Positions 1 through 9,076 of a DNA stretch of 20,000 bases are shown here, one piece after another (the first letter of the stretch is position 1; every line of letters begins with the position of its first letter). The notes beneath the pieces were generated by a model. The model did not search any database and was not told the DNA's origin. It was given only the letters and a program-made list of their open reading frames with translations. The stretch is from Bradymonadales bacterium (GTDB lineage Bacteria > Bdellovibrionota > UBA2394): NCBI GenBank assembly GCA_007693605.1, contig REDG01000035.1:51437-71436 (forward strand). Direction: 5' to 3'. Both the position numbers and the translations under genes were made by a program.

Positions 1-2
1 CC

Positions 3-1763
3 CATGTCATGTTCAAGAAAGATGTCGACTATGTGGTGAAAGATGGCCAGGTCATTATCGTCGATGAGTTCACTGGGCGACTGGCCCCAGGCCGCCGTTA
101 CGGGGATGGCTTACACCAAGCCTTAGAAGCCAAAGAAGGCGTTCAAGTTGCGACGGAGAATCAAACTCTCGCCTCCATTACCTATCAGAATTATTTTCGA
201 ATGTACTCTAAGCTAGCGGGAATGACTGGAACGGCAGAGACCGAAGCGGAAGAGTTTGCATCCATTTATAAGCTGGATGTTCTTGTCATTCCGACTCATC
301 GCCCTATGATTCGTATCGATCACTCGGATGTGATTTACAAGACGAGTCGGGCTCGAGATCGGGCAGTGGCCGAAGACATCAAAGAGAGGCATCAGAAGGG
401 CCAGCCCGTTTTGGTGGGCACGGTCTCGATTGAAAAATCAGAGAGGCTGAGCGAGCTTCTAAAGAAAGAGTCTGTCCCTCATCATGTGTTGAACGCGAAG
501 CATCATGAGAAAGAAGCCCAGATTGTGGCGGCCGCCGGTCAGAAGGGTTCTGTGACAATCGCCACAAATATGGCCGGTCGAGGGACCGACATTAAGCTCG
601 AAGAAGGAGTAGCCGATCTTGGAGGCTTATACATTGTCGGCTGTGAACGGCATGAGGCTCGTCGGATTGATAATCAGCTGAGAGGCCGCTCGGGGCGGCA
701 AGGGGACCCCGGAGAGAGCCGGTTCTATCTGAGTCTTGAAGACCAGATGCTGCGAGTCTTTGCGGGCGATCGGATGATGAAAATCATGAACTTCTTTGGC
801 ATGGAAGAAGATGAACCGATCGAAGCCAGAATGATTAGTAAGTCCATCGAAGATGCCCAGACTCGAATGGAGGGTCGCAACTTTGATACCAGAAAGCATC
901 TTCTGAAGTATGATGATGTGATGAACCACCAGAGAAAGGTGGTGTATCAGTGGCGCCGAAAACTTCTTGGAAAAGAAGATGTTCGCACGGAGATTCAGGA
1001 GAGCGCCGAAGAAGTGATCGGAGCCATTTGTGAAGAGCATATTCCTCCAAAGGCGGTGGTGGAGGACTGGGACTGGTCTGGATTGAAAGAGTCCATGCTT
1101 CGTTTTGTCGGAGAAGACCTCGGCTTGGACGAAATTCAAAAAGAGATTGAGGACGCCCCTCCCTCGACGGCCGATCAGAAGCTTTTTGAGGCCATCGTGA
1201 CTCGGTGGGAAAAGTATTACGGCGAACTTGAGAGTGAATTGACCCCGGAACTTCTTCGGCGGCGAGAGCGGGTGGTCTTTTTGCACACCCTAGACGACCG
1301 ATGGAGAGAGCATCTGCTCAATATGGATCATTTGCGAGAGGGGATCAATCTTAGGGGTTACGCTCAAAAGGATCCGGTTCTTGATTATCAAAAGGAGAGC
1401 TTCCGACTCTTTGAGTTGATGTTCGCCCGAGTGAAGCAAGAGGGGGTCGAAAGGCTCAACCGCCTCAAGGCGCTTATGGCCTTTGAAGAGGCTCAAAGAA
1501 TGATGAGCCCTGAAATGCGCCGACAAAAACTTTTAGCCGAAATGGACGAAGAGCAAAGGCTACGATCTGAGCGGGCCAGAAAGTTGGCAGAAGCCTCTTC
1601 AGCGGCCCGAAGGGGCGGGCAGGCGTCGGCGGCCAAGCCCGAGACCATGCGAAGACAAGAAGAGAAGGTGGGTCGAAATGACCCCTGTCCCTGCGGAAGC
1701 GGCAAGAAATTTAAGAAGTGTCATGGGATCAGCAGTAGCGCGAGCCTCCAGGAGAAGGGTTAA
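3..1763 (+). CDS. secA: Preprotein translocase ATPase SecA, 5'-truncated (frame is open to the window edge)
   Basis: Motifs [52 protein letters not shown] and the C-terminal SEC-C zinc motif [19 protein letters not shown]. The ATG at 9 is internal. Confidence 0.99.
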   Translation, partial: HVMFKKDVDYVVKDGQVIIVDEFTGRLAPGRRYGDGLHQALEAKEGVQVATENQTLASITYQNYFRMYSKLAGMTGTAETEAEEFASIYKLDVLVIPTHRPMIRIDHSDVIYKTSRARDRAVAEDIKERHQKGQPVLVGTVSIEKSERLSELLKKESVPHHVLNAKHHEKEAQIVAAAGQKGSVTIATNMAGRGTDIKLEEGVADLGGLYIVGCERHEARRIDNQLRGRSGRQGDPGESRFYLSLEDQMLRVFAGDRMMKIMNFFGMEEDEPIEARMISKSIEDAQTRMEGRNFDTRKHLLKYDDVMNHQRKVVYQWRRKLLGKEDVRTEIQESAEEVIGAICEEHIPPKAVVEDWDWSGLKESMLRFVGEDLGLDEIQKEIEDAPPSTADQKLFEAIVTRWEKYYGELESELTPELLRRRERVVFLHTLDDRWREHLLNMDHLREGINLRGYAQKDPVLDYQKESFRLFELMFARVKQEGVERLNRLKALMAFEEAQRMMSPEMRRQKLLAEMDEEQRLRSERARKLAEASSAARRGGQASAAKPETMRRQEEKVGRNDPCPCGSGKKFKKCHGISSSASLQEKG

Positions 1764-1764
1764 A

Positions 1765-1803
1765 GGAGGTAACCAGCCCTCGATTTAAAGAGGTTGGTCA
1801 TCC
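1765..1803 (+). terminator. Imperfect hairpin directly after the secA stop; possible terminator or 3' stabiliser
   Basis: ACCAGCCCTC (1772-1781) pairs with GAGGTTGGT (1790-1798), closed by GGA/TCC. No strong U-tract. Confidence 0.35.
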
Positions 1804-1900
1804 ATAATTTCTCGGGATTTGTTTAACCGACACCAGTTGCCCTGTTTTTCCACCTAAGTGACACACTGGTAATACACTGAAAAGAGGGCATTTTCCTTTT

Positions 1901-1930
1901 CCTAAATCATATGGTATTATAAGACATAGG
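1901..1930 (+). promoter_or_regulatory. Extended -10 promoter inside an imperfect palindrome (putative autoregulatory operator)
   Basis: TGgTATTAT at 1912-1920. CCTAAATCATATGGT|ATTATAAGACATAGG has 10 of 15 dyad positions complementary. Confidence 0.55.
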
Positions 1931-1932
1931 TT

Positions 1933-2235
1933 ATGCCTGGGGCGGTCTTGGTCCACCACGAAAAGCTCTTTCTAGCCTATGAGGTGATCGCAGAGGTGAA
2001 GGTTTGGAGTATAGACCACTCAGAATACTATCCAGAAGGCTTCAAGTACTCACTGTTTGCCGTTCGGGAAGGGAGCGTCTTGGTTGGCTATGACAACCAC
2101 AAACCCAAGTCTCACCATCGGCATTACCTCGGAAAGGAGACTGTCTATTCGTTTCGAGGGATCGACAAGCTGATGTCTGACTTTTGGAATGATCTTCAGG
2201 ATGTCCTTGACGCCCTATCGAAGGAGGAAGTTTAG
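1933..2235 (+). CDS. DUF6516-family small protein (TumE-like putative toxin), 100 aa
   Basis: Pattern YPEGFKYSLF...VLVGYDNHKPKSHHRH...YSFRGIDKLMSDFW resembles DUF6516; paired with a downstream HTH gene. Confidence 0.8.
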   Translation: MPGAVLVHHEKLFLAYEVIAEVKVWSIDHSEYYPEGFKYSLFAVREGSVLVGYDNHKPKSHHRHYLGKETVYSFRGIDKLMSDFWNDLQDVLDALSKEEV

Positions 2236-2236
2236 A

Positions 2237-2614
2237 ATGAATATGAAAGCGATCAAGATTCAGATTAAGCCCACAAAGGATTTTCTGAACGATACAGCAA
2301 AGATTATGAAGGCCATTCAGGCGGGAAAGAGGCCAAAGCCTGTAAAAGAGCCAAAGTTTTTCTTTGAAAGCTTGGATGCTGTAAGAAGCATCCTGACAGA
2401 CAAGAGAATGCAGCTTCTAAGGCTTATTAAAAAAGAAAGGCCTAGCTCCATCAAAGAGCTGGCTCGATTGGCCAAGCGAGACTTCAAGGCTGTCTATGCT
2501 GACATTCAGAAGCTAGAACAATTTGATTTGGTCCAGGTTACTAAATCAAGGCCAGGCTCGAACACTCAAGTGCGCTCAAAGGTGTCGGCTATTCAATTCA
2601 GCGTAGAGATTTGA
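2237..2614 (+). CDS. HTH DNA-binding protein (COG4190/HVO_A0114-like), putative antitoxin or regulator, 125 aa
   Basis: FESLDAVRSILTDKRMQLLRLIKKERPSSIKELARLAKRDFKAVYADIQKLEQFDLV winged-HTH pattern. SD AAGGAGG at 2221-2227 supports the ATG at 2237 over 2189. Confidence 0.82.
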   Translation: MNMKAIKIQIKPTKDFLNDTAKIMKAIQAGKRPKPVKEPKFFFESLDAVRSILTDKRMQLLRLIKKERPSSIKELARLAKRDFKAVYADIQKLEQFDLVQVTKSRPGSNTQVRSKVSAIQFSVEI

Positions 2615-2724
2615 TGAAGCTCCTTTGGCTTGCCAACACAGCCTCTATTCTCCGGGGGAAGGCGATGTGGCCGTCACTATACAGCGTCTGGCAGGCACGA
2701 TTCTGTGGGCTAGGGGAGGCTTCA
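2615..2724 (+). other. 110-nt fold-back structure immediately 3' of the HTH gene
   Basis: TGAAGCTCCTTTGGCTT (2615-2631) pairs with GGGCTAGGGGAGGCTTCA (2707-2724): 17 bp, 5 of them G-U on the + strand, one bulge, plus an inner CACA-GCCT/AGGC-TGTG stem. Confidence 0.5.
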
Positions 2725-2758
2725 AAGTCTTGATGGGCCGGAAATCCATTTCGCCTGA

Positions 2759-2787
2759 TTGACACCCGAGAAGAGCTTTTCTAGCGT
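2759..2787 (+). promoter_or_regulatory. Sigma70-type promoter of the gap operon, probably leaderless
   Basis: TTGACA (2759-2764), 17-bp spacer, TAGCGT (2782-2787). ATG 2795 lies 7 nt after the -10 and has no SD. Confidence 0.6.
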
Positions 2788-2794
2788 CCCGATT

Positions 2795-3829
2795 ATGATC
2801 CCACTTCAGAAAGAACTTCGTTTAGGCATTAATGGTTTCGGTCGAATTGGTCGATGCATTCTTCGGTTGATTGCAAAGCATCCTGACTTTCAAGCCGGCA
2901 AGTTGGTGGTCACCCAAATTAACGATCTCACCGACGCCAAAACCCTAGCACACCTGTTGAAGTATGATTCTGTTCACGGCCCCTTTGATCAGCCGGTGGT
3001 GGCTGAGGGAAATCGCTTAAGAATAGGAGATCATTTGATTCCGGTCACAGCGGAGCCTAAGCCAGAGAAGCTCGATTGGGCCTCTTCATCGACAAGTCTC
3101 GTCTTGGAGTGCACAGGGCGTTTTAAAAATCGAGAGGAGGTGGCCCAACACTTGAAGGCGGGAGCCAAGAGGGTGATTGTTTCTGCCCCTCTAAAGGGAG
3201 CAGATCGGACCATCGTTTTCGGGATCAACGAGAAAGAAATCGATCTGGAAAAGGACCTTGTTTTAAGTAATGCCTCTTGCACCACGAACTGTTTAGCTCC
3301 CGTCGCAAAAGTGATTCATGAAAGTTTTGGAATTGTCAGGGGCTCGATGACGACCGTGCATTCTTATACCAACGATCAACGAATCTTGGATCTTCCGCAC
3401 TCCGATCTTCGGCGGGCTCGAGCCGCGGCCGTTTCGATGATTCCCACAACGACCGGAGCGGCCAAGGCAGTGGCTTTGGTTCTGCCAGAGCTCAAAGGGC
3501 GCTTGGATGGAATGGCCGTGCGGGTTCCGACTCCCAATGTTTCTTTGGTCGATCTGAATGTCTTGGTGGAAAAGAAGGCCAGCCCTGAACAAGTAAACGA
3601 AAAACTCGAGGCTGCAGCAAATGGACCACTAAAAAACATTCTATTTGTGTCTCGCGAAGAGCTGGTATCGATTGACTATCGAGGTCGTTCGGAATCCTCT
3701 CTGGTCGACGCTCCCTTCACTGCCGTTGTGGATGACTATTTTGTTAAAGTCCTTTCTTGGTACGATAACGAATGGGGTTTTTCAGCTCGAATGCTTGATC
3801 TCAGTTGTTATCTAGGTTCCCATTCATGA
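2795..3829 (+). CDS. gap: Type I glyceraldehyde-3-phosphate dehydrogenase
   Basis: GINGFGRIGR, INDL, catalytic NASCTTNCLAP, HSYTNDQ, WYDNEWG. The ORF-track TTG at 2759 coincides with the -35 box, so ATG 2795 is preferred. Confidence 0.98.
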   Translation: MIPLQKELRLGINGFGRIGRCILRLIAKHPDFQAGKLVVTQINDLTDAKTLAHLLKYDSVHGPFDQPVVAEGNRLRIGDHLIPVTAEPKPEKLDWASSSTSLVLECTGRFKNREEVAQHLKAGAKRVIVSAPLKGADRTIVFGINEKEIDLEKDLVLSNASCTTNCLAPVAKVIHESFGIVRGSMTTVHSYTNDQRILDLPHSDLRRARAAAVSMIPTTTGAAKAVALVLPELKGRLDGMAVRVPTPNVSLVDLNVLVEKKASPEQVNEKLEAAANGPLKNILFVSREELVSIDYRGRSESSLVDAPFTAVVDDYFVKVLSWYDNEWGFSARMLDLSCYLGSHS

Positions 3830-5088
3830 AGCTTTTGAAGATTGAAGATTTGCCATGGGAAAAAATCCCAGAAAAGAAGCGAAAAGTATTTCTTAGGGTG
3901 GATTACAATGTCCCCTTAAAAGACGGACGAGTTCTCGACGACTTTCGAATTCAATCGAGCTTGCCGACCATACGAAAACTTCAAGAGATGAAGGCGGTGA
4001 TTGTGATCGGCTCCCATTTGGGAAGGCCTCAAAAGGAGCCCAAAAAAAAGGCCAGCTTAAGCCTTGTGCCGGTGGCGGAGCATTTGGCGACCCTACTCGG
4101 CCAAGAGGTGATTTTTTCTGAAGAGATTCAAGGCTATGCGCTGGGCAAACTCATTTCAGACGCGAAAGCGGGTGAGGGCATTGTTTTCTTAGAGAATTTG
4201 AGATTTCATCCTGAGGAGGAGAAGAACGATCCTCATTTCGCTGAAGTCCTTCAAAACGCTTTGCCCATCTATGTGAACGATGCCTTTGGGGCCTCTCATC
4301 GGGCCCATGCTTCCGTTCAGGCGCAGGCAGAGAAGACGCGCTTGAGAGCGATGGGTGAGTTGTTGGCAAGAGAGGTCAGTGTTTTGGAGAAGATTCTACG
4401 AGAGCCAAGTCCGCATCAAATGGCCGTCTTGGGAGGCGCGAAAATTGAAGATAAGATAAAAGTGATTGAGTCTTTGCTGCGAACTTGTCGAAAGATTTTT
4501 ATTGGGGGTCGCATGGGCTTGAGTTTTTTAGCGGCTCAAGGCCTGTCTCTGGGTGGAAGCCGTATGGAGCAAGAGTCCATTCAGCTTGCAAAGAGAATCA
4601 CGGCCGACGCCAAGCGAAGAAAGGTCGAGCTGTTTTTTCCAGAGGATGCTCGCCTAGGGGAGTCTTTGGAGTCTACGACCTGCCGAGTGACCGCTCTAAA
4701 CAAAAAGTTTTATCCGACAGAGTCTGAAATGATCTTGGACATTGGCCCCAAGACCTTAGAGTCGTGGACCTCGGAGTTAAAGAAGGCGGATCGTGTGCTC
4801 TGGAACGGGCCCATGGGAGTGTTTGAGAACCCCGTTTTTGCCGAGGGGACTTTGGGTCTTGTCGACTTTTTGATAGAAAACCGAGAGAAGATTCAAGCGG
4901 TTTTAGGGGGGGGTGAAACGGTGGCGGCCGCGGCTCAGAGAGGAGCCTTGGGTCAGCTGTGGCATGTTTCGACCGGGGGAGGCGCCATGTTGGAGTTTTT
5001 AGAAGGGAAGGCTTTGCCCGGCATTGAAGCTCTAAAGCTTCGAGATCGAGAGATCCTTCAACTTCAAGATTTGGATCTGGCCTCATGA
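3826..5088 (+). CDS. pgk: Phosphoglycerate kinase
   Basis: RVDYNVP, SHLGRP, LENLRF, NDAFGASHRAHAS, WNGPMGVFE, STGGGA. ATG 3826 overlaps the gap stop (ATGA). Confidence 0.98.
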   Translation: MKLLKIEDLPWEKIPEKKRKVFLRVDYNVPLKDGRVLDDFRIQSSLPTIRKLQEMKAVIVIGSHLGRPQKEPKKKASLSLVPVAEHLATLLGQEVIFSEEIQGYALGKLISDAKAGEGIVFLENLRFHPEEEKNDPHFAEVLQNALPIYVNDAFGASHRAHASVQAQAEKTRLRAMGELLAREVSVLEKILREPSPHQMAVLGGAKIEDKIKVIESLLRTCRKIFIGGRMGLSFLAAQGLSLGGSRMEQESIQLAKRITADAKRRKVELFFPEDARLGESLESTTCRVTALNKKFYPTESEMILDIGPKTLESWTSELKKADRVLWNGPMGVFENPVFAEGTLGLVDFLIENREKIQAVLGGGETVAAAAQRGALGQLWHVSTGGGAMLEFLEGKALPGIEALKLRDREILQLQDLDLAS

Positions 5089-5810
5089 AGCTGTTTGGCA
5101 ACTGGAAGATGGCTCAGTCTCGTCAAGGGGCTCAAAGCTTTGCAGCCGATGCTAGCGGCTATCGTCCCGATCCGTTGGTAGAGTCGTTGATCTTTGCCTC
5201 TTGTTTGCAGATCCCTGAGATGATGGAGCGATTAAAGGATTGGAGTTTTGGGGCTCAAGATTGCTCCGCCGAGTTGCCAGGGCCCTATACTGGTCAGGTT
5301 TCTGCAAGAGAAATTTCTGAGTTTGGGGTGAAAGATCTTCTGCTCGGGCATTCTGAATGTCGAGCGGCTGGGCAGTCGGAAGAGCTATTGAAGAGAAAGC
5401 TCGAGCGGGCGAAAGAAGCTTCATTAAGGCTTTGCTATTGTGTTGGAGAGAGCCTTCAAGAGCGAGAAGAGGGTCGCTTGTGGGATTGTTTGAGTCGGCA
5501 GCTTGAGAACCTCGAGAATTGTTCTGCTGAGTTTTGTATCGCCTACGAGCCCGTTTGGGCAATCGGTACCGGTAAGACGGCATCACTGGAGCGGATTGCT
5601 GAAGTGCATCTTTGGATTCAGGCTAAGTTTCCGAAGGTTCCCATTCTATACGGAGGCTCCGTAAAGCCCGAAAATTCTGCAGAAATCATGGGTTTAGAGT
5701 CTGTGGGGGGGCTTCTGGTGGGAACTGCAAGTTTGAAGTGGGAGTCCTTGGAAAAGATTCTGGAGCTTGCTAGTCTTGAAGCTCAGAAAAGGAGACAACG
5801 CGCCAAATGA
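5085..5810 (+). CDS. tpiA: Triosephosphate isomerase (divergent)
   Basis: GNWKM, GAQD, GHSE, AYEPVWAIGTG, YGGSV; canonical position after pgk with ATGA overlap. Confidence 0.96.
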   Translation: MKLFGNWKMAQSRQGAQSFAADASGYRPDPLVESLIFASCLQIPEMMERLKDWSFGAQDCSAELPGPYTGQVSAREISEFGVKDLLLGHSECRAAGQSEELLKRKLERAKEASLRLCYCVGESLQEREEGRLWDCLSRQLENLENCSAEFCIAYEPVWAIGTGKTASLERIAEVHLWIQAKFPKVPILYGGSVKPENSAEIMGLESVGGLLVGTASLKWESLEKILELASLEAQKRRQRAK

Positions 5811-6205
5811 ATACAGATGCTGGTGTTTTTGAGACGATTCTAATGAGTTTTGAGCTGCCCCTGATGCTCTTTCAGGGCCTAATTTGCTTGGCCATTATTG
5901 TTCTGATTCTTTTGCAGTCAGGCAAGGGAGACGATTTAGGCACCGCCCTTGGGGGCGGCGGCTCAGGCAGCACCGTTTTGGGAACGGGAGGAACCTCGAA
6001 GTTGCTCGTGAAGCTGACGGTCATTTTTTCCGTTTTGTTTATGGTGAACAGTATTGGGTTGGCTAAGATTTCAACGGCAAAGAGTGAGAGAGGGAGCGTG
6101 GTTCGAATGTCAGATCCCTTGGGAGATTTCAATCCTTTTGAATCTGAAGAGCTCCGAGGGCTTGATCCCGAGTCTATCGAAGAGATCGAACCCGACTTGG
6201 AGTGA
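5807..6205 (+). CDS. secG: Preprotein translocase subunit SecG
   Basis: Two hydrophobic segments around ILLQSGKG..LG.ALGGG and KLT; canonical position after tpiA; acidic C-terminal tail. Confidence 0.93.
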   Translation: MNTDAGVFETILMSFELPLMLFQGLICLAIIVLILLQSGKGDDLGTALGGGGSGSTVLGTGGTSKLLVKLTVIFSVLFMVNSIGLAKISTAKSERGSVVRMSDPLGDFNPFESEELRGLDPESIEEIEPDLE

Positions 6206-7065
6206 GTCTACTTCGGAGATTTTCCACAATTAAGATTGGCGGCTCTGCCGAAAGAGTGCTCTGGATGTCAGAGCTGTCTGGAAGAATCGACGATCTTCCT
6301 CAACCGATTCGCGTGCTCGGCAACGGCAGCAATGTTCTGATGTCTGAGACATTGCGAGGAACTGTGATTTTGACTCGAGAGGAGTCTCTTGCCGCTCCCG
6401 AGATCGTCAGAGAAGAGCCCGACGAGATGCAACTGATTCTTCCTGCCGGAATGTTTTTGCCAAGTCTTTCGAAGTGGACCGCTGATAGAGCTTTAACCGG
6501 CGCGGAGTTTATGGTCGGAGTGCCTGGCACCATCGGTGGTGCTGTCGTGCAGAATGCGGGGGCGAATGAACAGAAAACTTCTTCTTTGGTGGTCGAGGTG
6601 GAAGCCTGGGATCTGGAGTCCGCAGCGCTGCGGTGGGTCTCGGCTGCGGATGCTGAGTTTGCTTATCGTTCCAGTCGCTTTCAGAGAGAAAAGTTTTTGC
6701 TCAGACGAGTCAAGCTTCGGTTGAAGCGGGGCGAGCCCGAAGAGATTCAAGCAAGGCTTAAACTCAATTTGGATTATCGACGGCAAAAGACGCCCTTTTC
6801 AAGACCGAGCCTGGGGTCGATGTTTACGAGAATTCCCAAAGAAGATGGAGACTGGTGGTATCCTGGGCAGCTGATTGAGTCGGTCGGCCTAAAGGGCTTT
6901 CGGCGAGGCCAGACTCAGATCTCAGAAGTTCATGCCAATTACTTTGTCAATTTGGGGGGGGCTCGCTTTTCTGAGGTTCTCTCTCTGATGGATCTGGCGC
7001 AAGAGCGAGTCCTGAAAGAAACGGGCCTAGAGCTTCGACCCGAGGTGCAGATTTGGCAAGACTAG
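6202..7065 (+). CDS. murB: UDP-N-acetylenolpyruvoylglucosamine reductase
   Basis: STIKIGG, LGNGSNVL, PGTIGGAVVQNAGA, FAYRSS, PSLGSMF, HANYFVN, LRPEV. GTG start overlaps the secG stop (GTGA). Confidence 0.93.
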   Translation: MSLLRRFSTIKIGGSAERVLWMSELSGRIDDLPQPIRVLGNGSNVLMSETLRGTVILTREESLAAPEIVREEPDEMQLILPAGMFLPSLSKWTADRALTGAEFMVGVPGTIGGAVVQNAGANEQKTSSLVVEVEAWDLESAALRWVSAADAEFAYRSSRFQREKFLLRRVKLRLKRGEPEEIQARLKLNLDYRRQKTPFSRPSLGSMFTRIPKEDGDWWYPGQLIESVGLKGFRRGQTQISEVHANYFVNLGGARFSEVLSLMDLAQERVLKETGLELRPEVQIWQD

Positions 7066-7140
7066 TGGTCCAAGCGGTAAATTTTTTCCGTGTTGTGCTG
7101 AGGCCAGTTTGAGGCGATGCAGGGCGGCAGTGGGTCTGAA

Positions 7141-7165
7141 AAAAAATGGATCTTGACCATTTTTT
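7141..7165. terminator. Bidirectional terminator-like hairpin between convergent murB and lepB
   Basis: AAAAAATGG-atcttga-CCATTTTTT, a perfect 9-bp inverted repeat with A/T tracts on both sides; the stem is GC-poor. Confidence 0.5.
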
Positions 7166-7174
7166 ACAAAAGAA

Positions 7175-7915
7175 TCATCGCAGGGTGGTGAAAAATCGAT
7201 TCCATCGAAGGAAGGGAAAGTTCCGTCGATCAAATGAAAACCAGATAAAACTTCCCTGACCCAAAAGATAGTCTCGCGGAACGACGCCCCATTCCCTCGA
7301 GTCTGAACTGTCGTCTCGATTATCTCCAATGACAAAGAAGCTGCCCTCTGGAACTTCAATGGGGCCGGCATTTCGTGGGGCTCGGAGGTGGGAGTGGGCA
7401 ACAATATAACTTCGGTCGCCAAGGTGTTCACGGAACAGGCTCATATGATCGGGATGGTACTCTTTACCTGCATCCAAGAGAGTATCTGTATCTTCAATCG
7501 GATCCAAACGAAGGGCTGTGCCGTTCAGCCAAACGCGCTTATTTCGTACTTCCACAATGTCTCCGGGGATGCCGATGACTCTCTTGATAAAGTCCTTCGA
7601 CCGGTCATTTGGGTATTCAAAAACGACGATGTCTCCTCGCTGAGGGTCGTTGCGATGAATCCACTTGTGTCGCGTAAAGGGAATGTGCAGATCGTAACTA
7701 TACATCTTTACAAAGATAAACTCTCCAATCTTGATGGTGGGAACCATGGAGCCTGTTGGGATGTGGCGCGGAGAGGCGATCGTGGTTCTAAAGAGAAAGG
7801 CTACTACTACGGCCAAGCCCAAGGGTAAGACCCACTCCTTTAGAAATCCCCGAGCGCTTTTCGGCAGATTGTTCCATGACCTTTGAATCTCAGTCCTAAA
7901 TCCCATTTCTGCCAC
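7175..7915 (-). CDS. lepB: Signal peptidase I
   Basis: N-terminal TM helix, catalytic Ser box PTGSMVPTI, RGDIVVF, catalytic Lys DFIKRVIG, GDNRDDSSDSR. Confidence 0.97.
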   Translation of the reverse strand: MAEMGFRTEIQRSWNNLPKSARGFLKEWVLPLGLAVVVAFLFRTTIASPRHIPTGSMVPTIKIGEFIFVKMYSYDLHIPFTRHKWIHRNDPQRGDIVVFEYPNDRSKDFIKRVIGIPGDIVEVRNKRVWLNGTALRLDPIEDTDTLLDAGKEYHPDHMSLFREHLGDRSYIVAHSHLRAPRNAGPIEVPEGSFFVIGDNRDDSSDSREWGVVPRDYLLGQGSFIWFSFDRRNFPFLRWNRFFTTLR

Positions 7916-7919
7916 TTAA

Positions 7920-8954
7920 TCACGCTTCTCTTGAAAGTGTCGAGCGAGAATCGATCACCCCGCCTCTCGGAGCAGAAAAGAAGCCCTGATTCTTTTCGTT
8001 TTGATCACGAACAAGAAGGCTCTCTTTCCACCGACGCCCTTTCATGCAAAGAAACTTCTCACATCTTCCTTTGCCGCCCACATCTTGACTCACCACTCTC
8101 GCTTGAGTTTCTGAAAAAGCAGAAGCCTGCTGTCCAAACACGAGAAGAGAAAAGCTCAGACGAGACTTGCGAAAGCCCAGCTTTCGCACAAGTTCCCAAT
8201 ATCGAGCAGGGGCAGAATATTCCACTTCTTCATGACACCACTCGTCTTGGGCCAGGGCCGGACAGGCGAGTGCGTGCGTGCAGGGCAGAAGAATCTGAGT
8301 CAGATTTCTCAGCTGATCTCGAAAGCGAAGCAGCCTCTGATTGGTCAGTTTATCGGCAGGTTCAATAATGATGAACAGGTCGTCTCGAGAAGCCAATCGC
8401 AGCTGAGCGAGCCAGTTCTTTGTAAACTGACTTTTTGGGTTCTGCCAAATCTCATTCCAAACATTCGCCATCAGATGAATTTGAGCAGAGGATTTTTTCA
8501 AGCGAGGCCACCGTTTAGCGAAAGAGACTTCGCTCGGAAGAAAGGCTGCGAACTCCGTCTTCGCCCAATCGACCGGGCGAGGGTCTCGGTCAACGGCGAT
8601 CACGCGATCAATAGAAAGCCCTTCTCCTTTAAAAAATTCGTAGGCCCCTAAACTCCCGCCTAAACTGCCCGCCCCATAGTCTAAAAGACTGATTTTAGAC
8701 TGCTGAAACCTCTCAAGATAGCCCCAGACCTTGAGCTCCTGAAAGACTCGCTTGGTCTTCAAGGCCGTCAGAAAGCCAAAGTAACAAGAATAAGGCCGAT
8801 ACACACTCTCTCTCCAAAGACTCTGCTTCTGCCGATGATAGCCCTCACAAAGTCTCTTCAGGGCCAAGACCTGATTCTGCTCAATTTTCTTCGAGAAGAA
8901 GGCCTTTTCGAGTTCGCCAGACAATGAGACTTTTGGGGGCTTTGCTTTGGGCAT
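7920..8954 (-). CDS. Rsm22/METTL17-family SAM-dependent methyltransferase
   Basis: SAM motif LLDYGAG, IIIEPA, LLRFRDQL, PCTHALACP...EWCH, LSFSLL and a distal LCMKG match the Rsm22-family layout. Confidence 0.8.
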   Translation of the reverse strand: MPKAKPPKVSLSGELEKAFFSKKIEQNQVLALKRLCEGYHRQKQSLWRESVYRPYSCYFGFLTALKTKRVFQELKVWGYLERFQQSKISLLDYGAGSLGGSLGAYEFFKGEGLSIDRVIAVDRDPRPVDWAKTEFAAFLPSEVSFAKRWPRLKKSSAQIHLMANVWNEIWQNPKSQFTKNWLAQLRLASRDDLFIIIEPADKLTNQRLLRFRDQLRNLTQILLPCTHALACPALAQDEWCHEEVEYSAPARYWELVRKLGFRKSRLSFSLLVFGQQASAFSETQARVVSQDVGGKGRCEKFLCMKGRRWKESLLVRDQNEKNQGFFSAPRGGVIDSRSTLSREA

Positions 8955-8987
8955 GGGGGTTACTATTAGCAGGCTCCAGTCAGGGCC

Positions 8988-9064
8988 TCAAGGGGACTGT
9001 CGCTAAGGGCCCACCTGCTTTGAAGGGCTTCGGGTCCTGATTTGGCGTTAGATAGGCCTCTTGA
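8988..9064 (+). ncRNA. 77-nt long hairpin, candidate structured RNA
   Basis: TCAAGGGGACTGTC/GATAGGCCTCTTGA (13 of 14 paired), GCTAA/TTGGC, GGGCCC/GGGTCC, GCTT/GGGC around a TGAA loop. Wobbles are G-U on the + strand. Confidence 0.4.
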
Positions 9065-9076
9065 TCTCAGAGTTCA

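Noticed and set aside
1764..2760. Integron cassette or IS carrying the TA pair
   Set aside because: No transposase, integrase or flanking direct repeats, and the 2615-2724 fold-back lacks RYYYAAC/GTTRRRY ends.
6202..6300. tRNA-Leu expected after secG
   Set aside because: murB begins inside the secG stop codon and no cloverleaf or T-loop motif is present.
8988..9064. SRP (4.5S) RNA on the minus strand (TCAGG...AGCAG present)
   Set aside because: The 16 nt between the motifs do not form the 3-bp stem plus GNRA tetraloop of domain IV, and the wobbles favour the + strand. A cmsearch would settle it.
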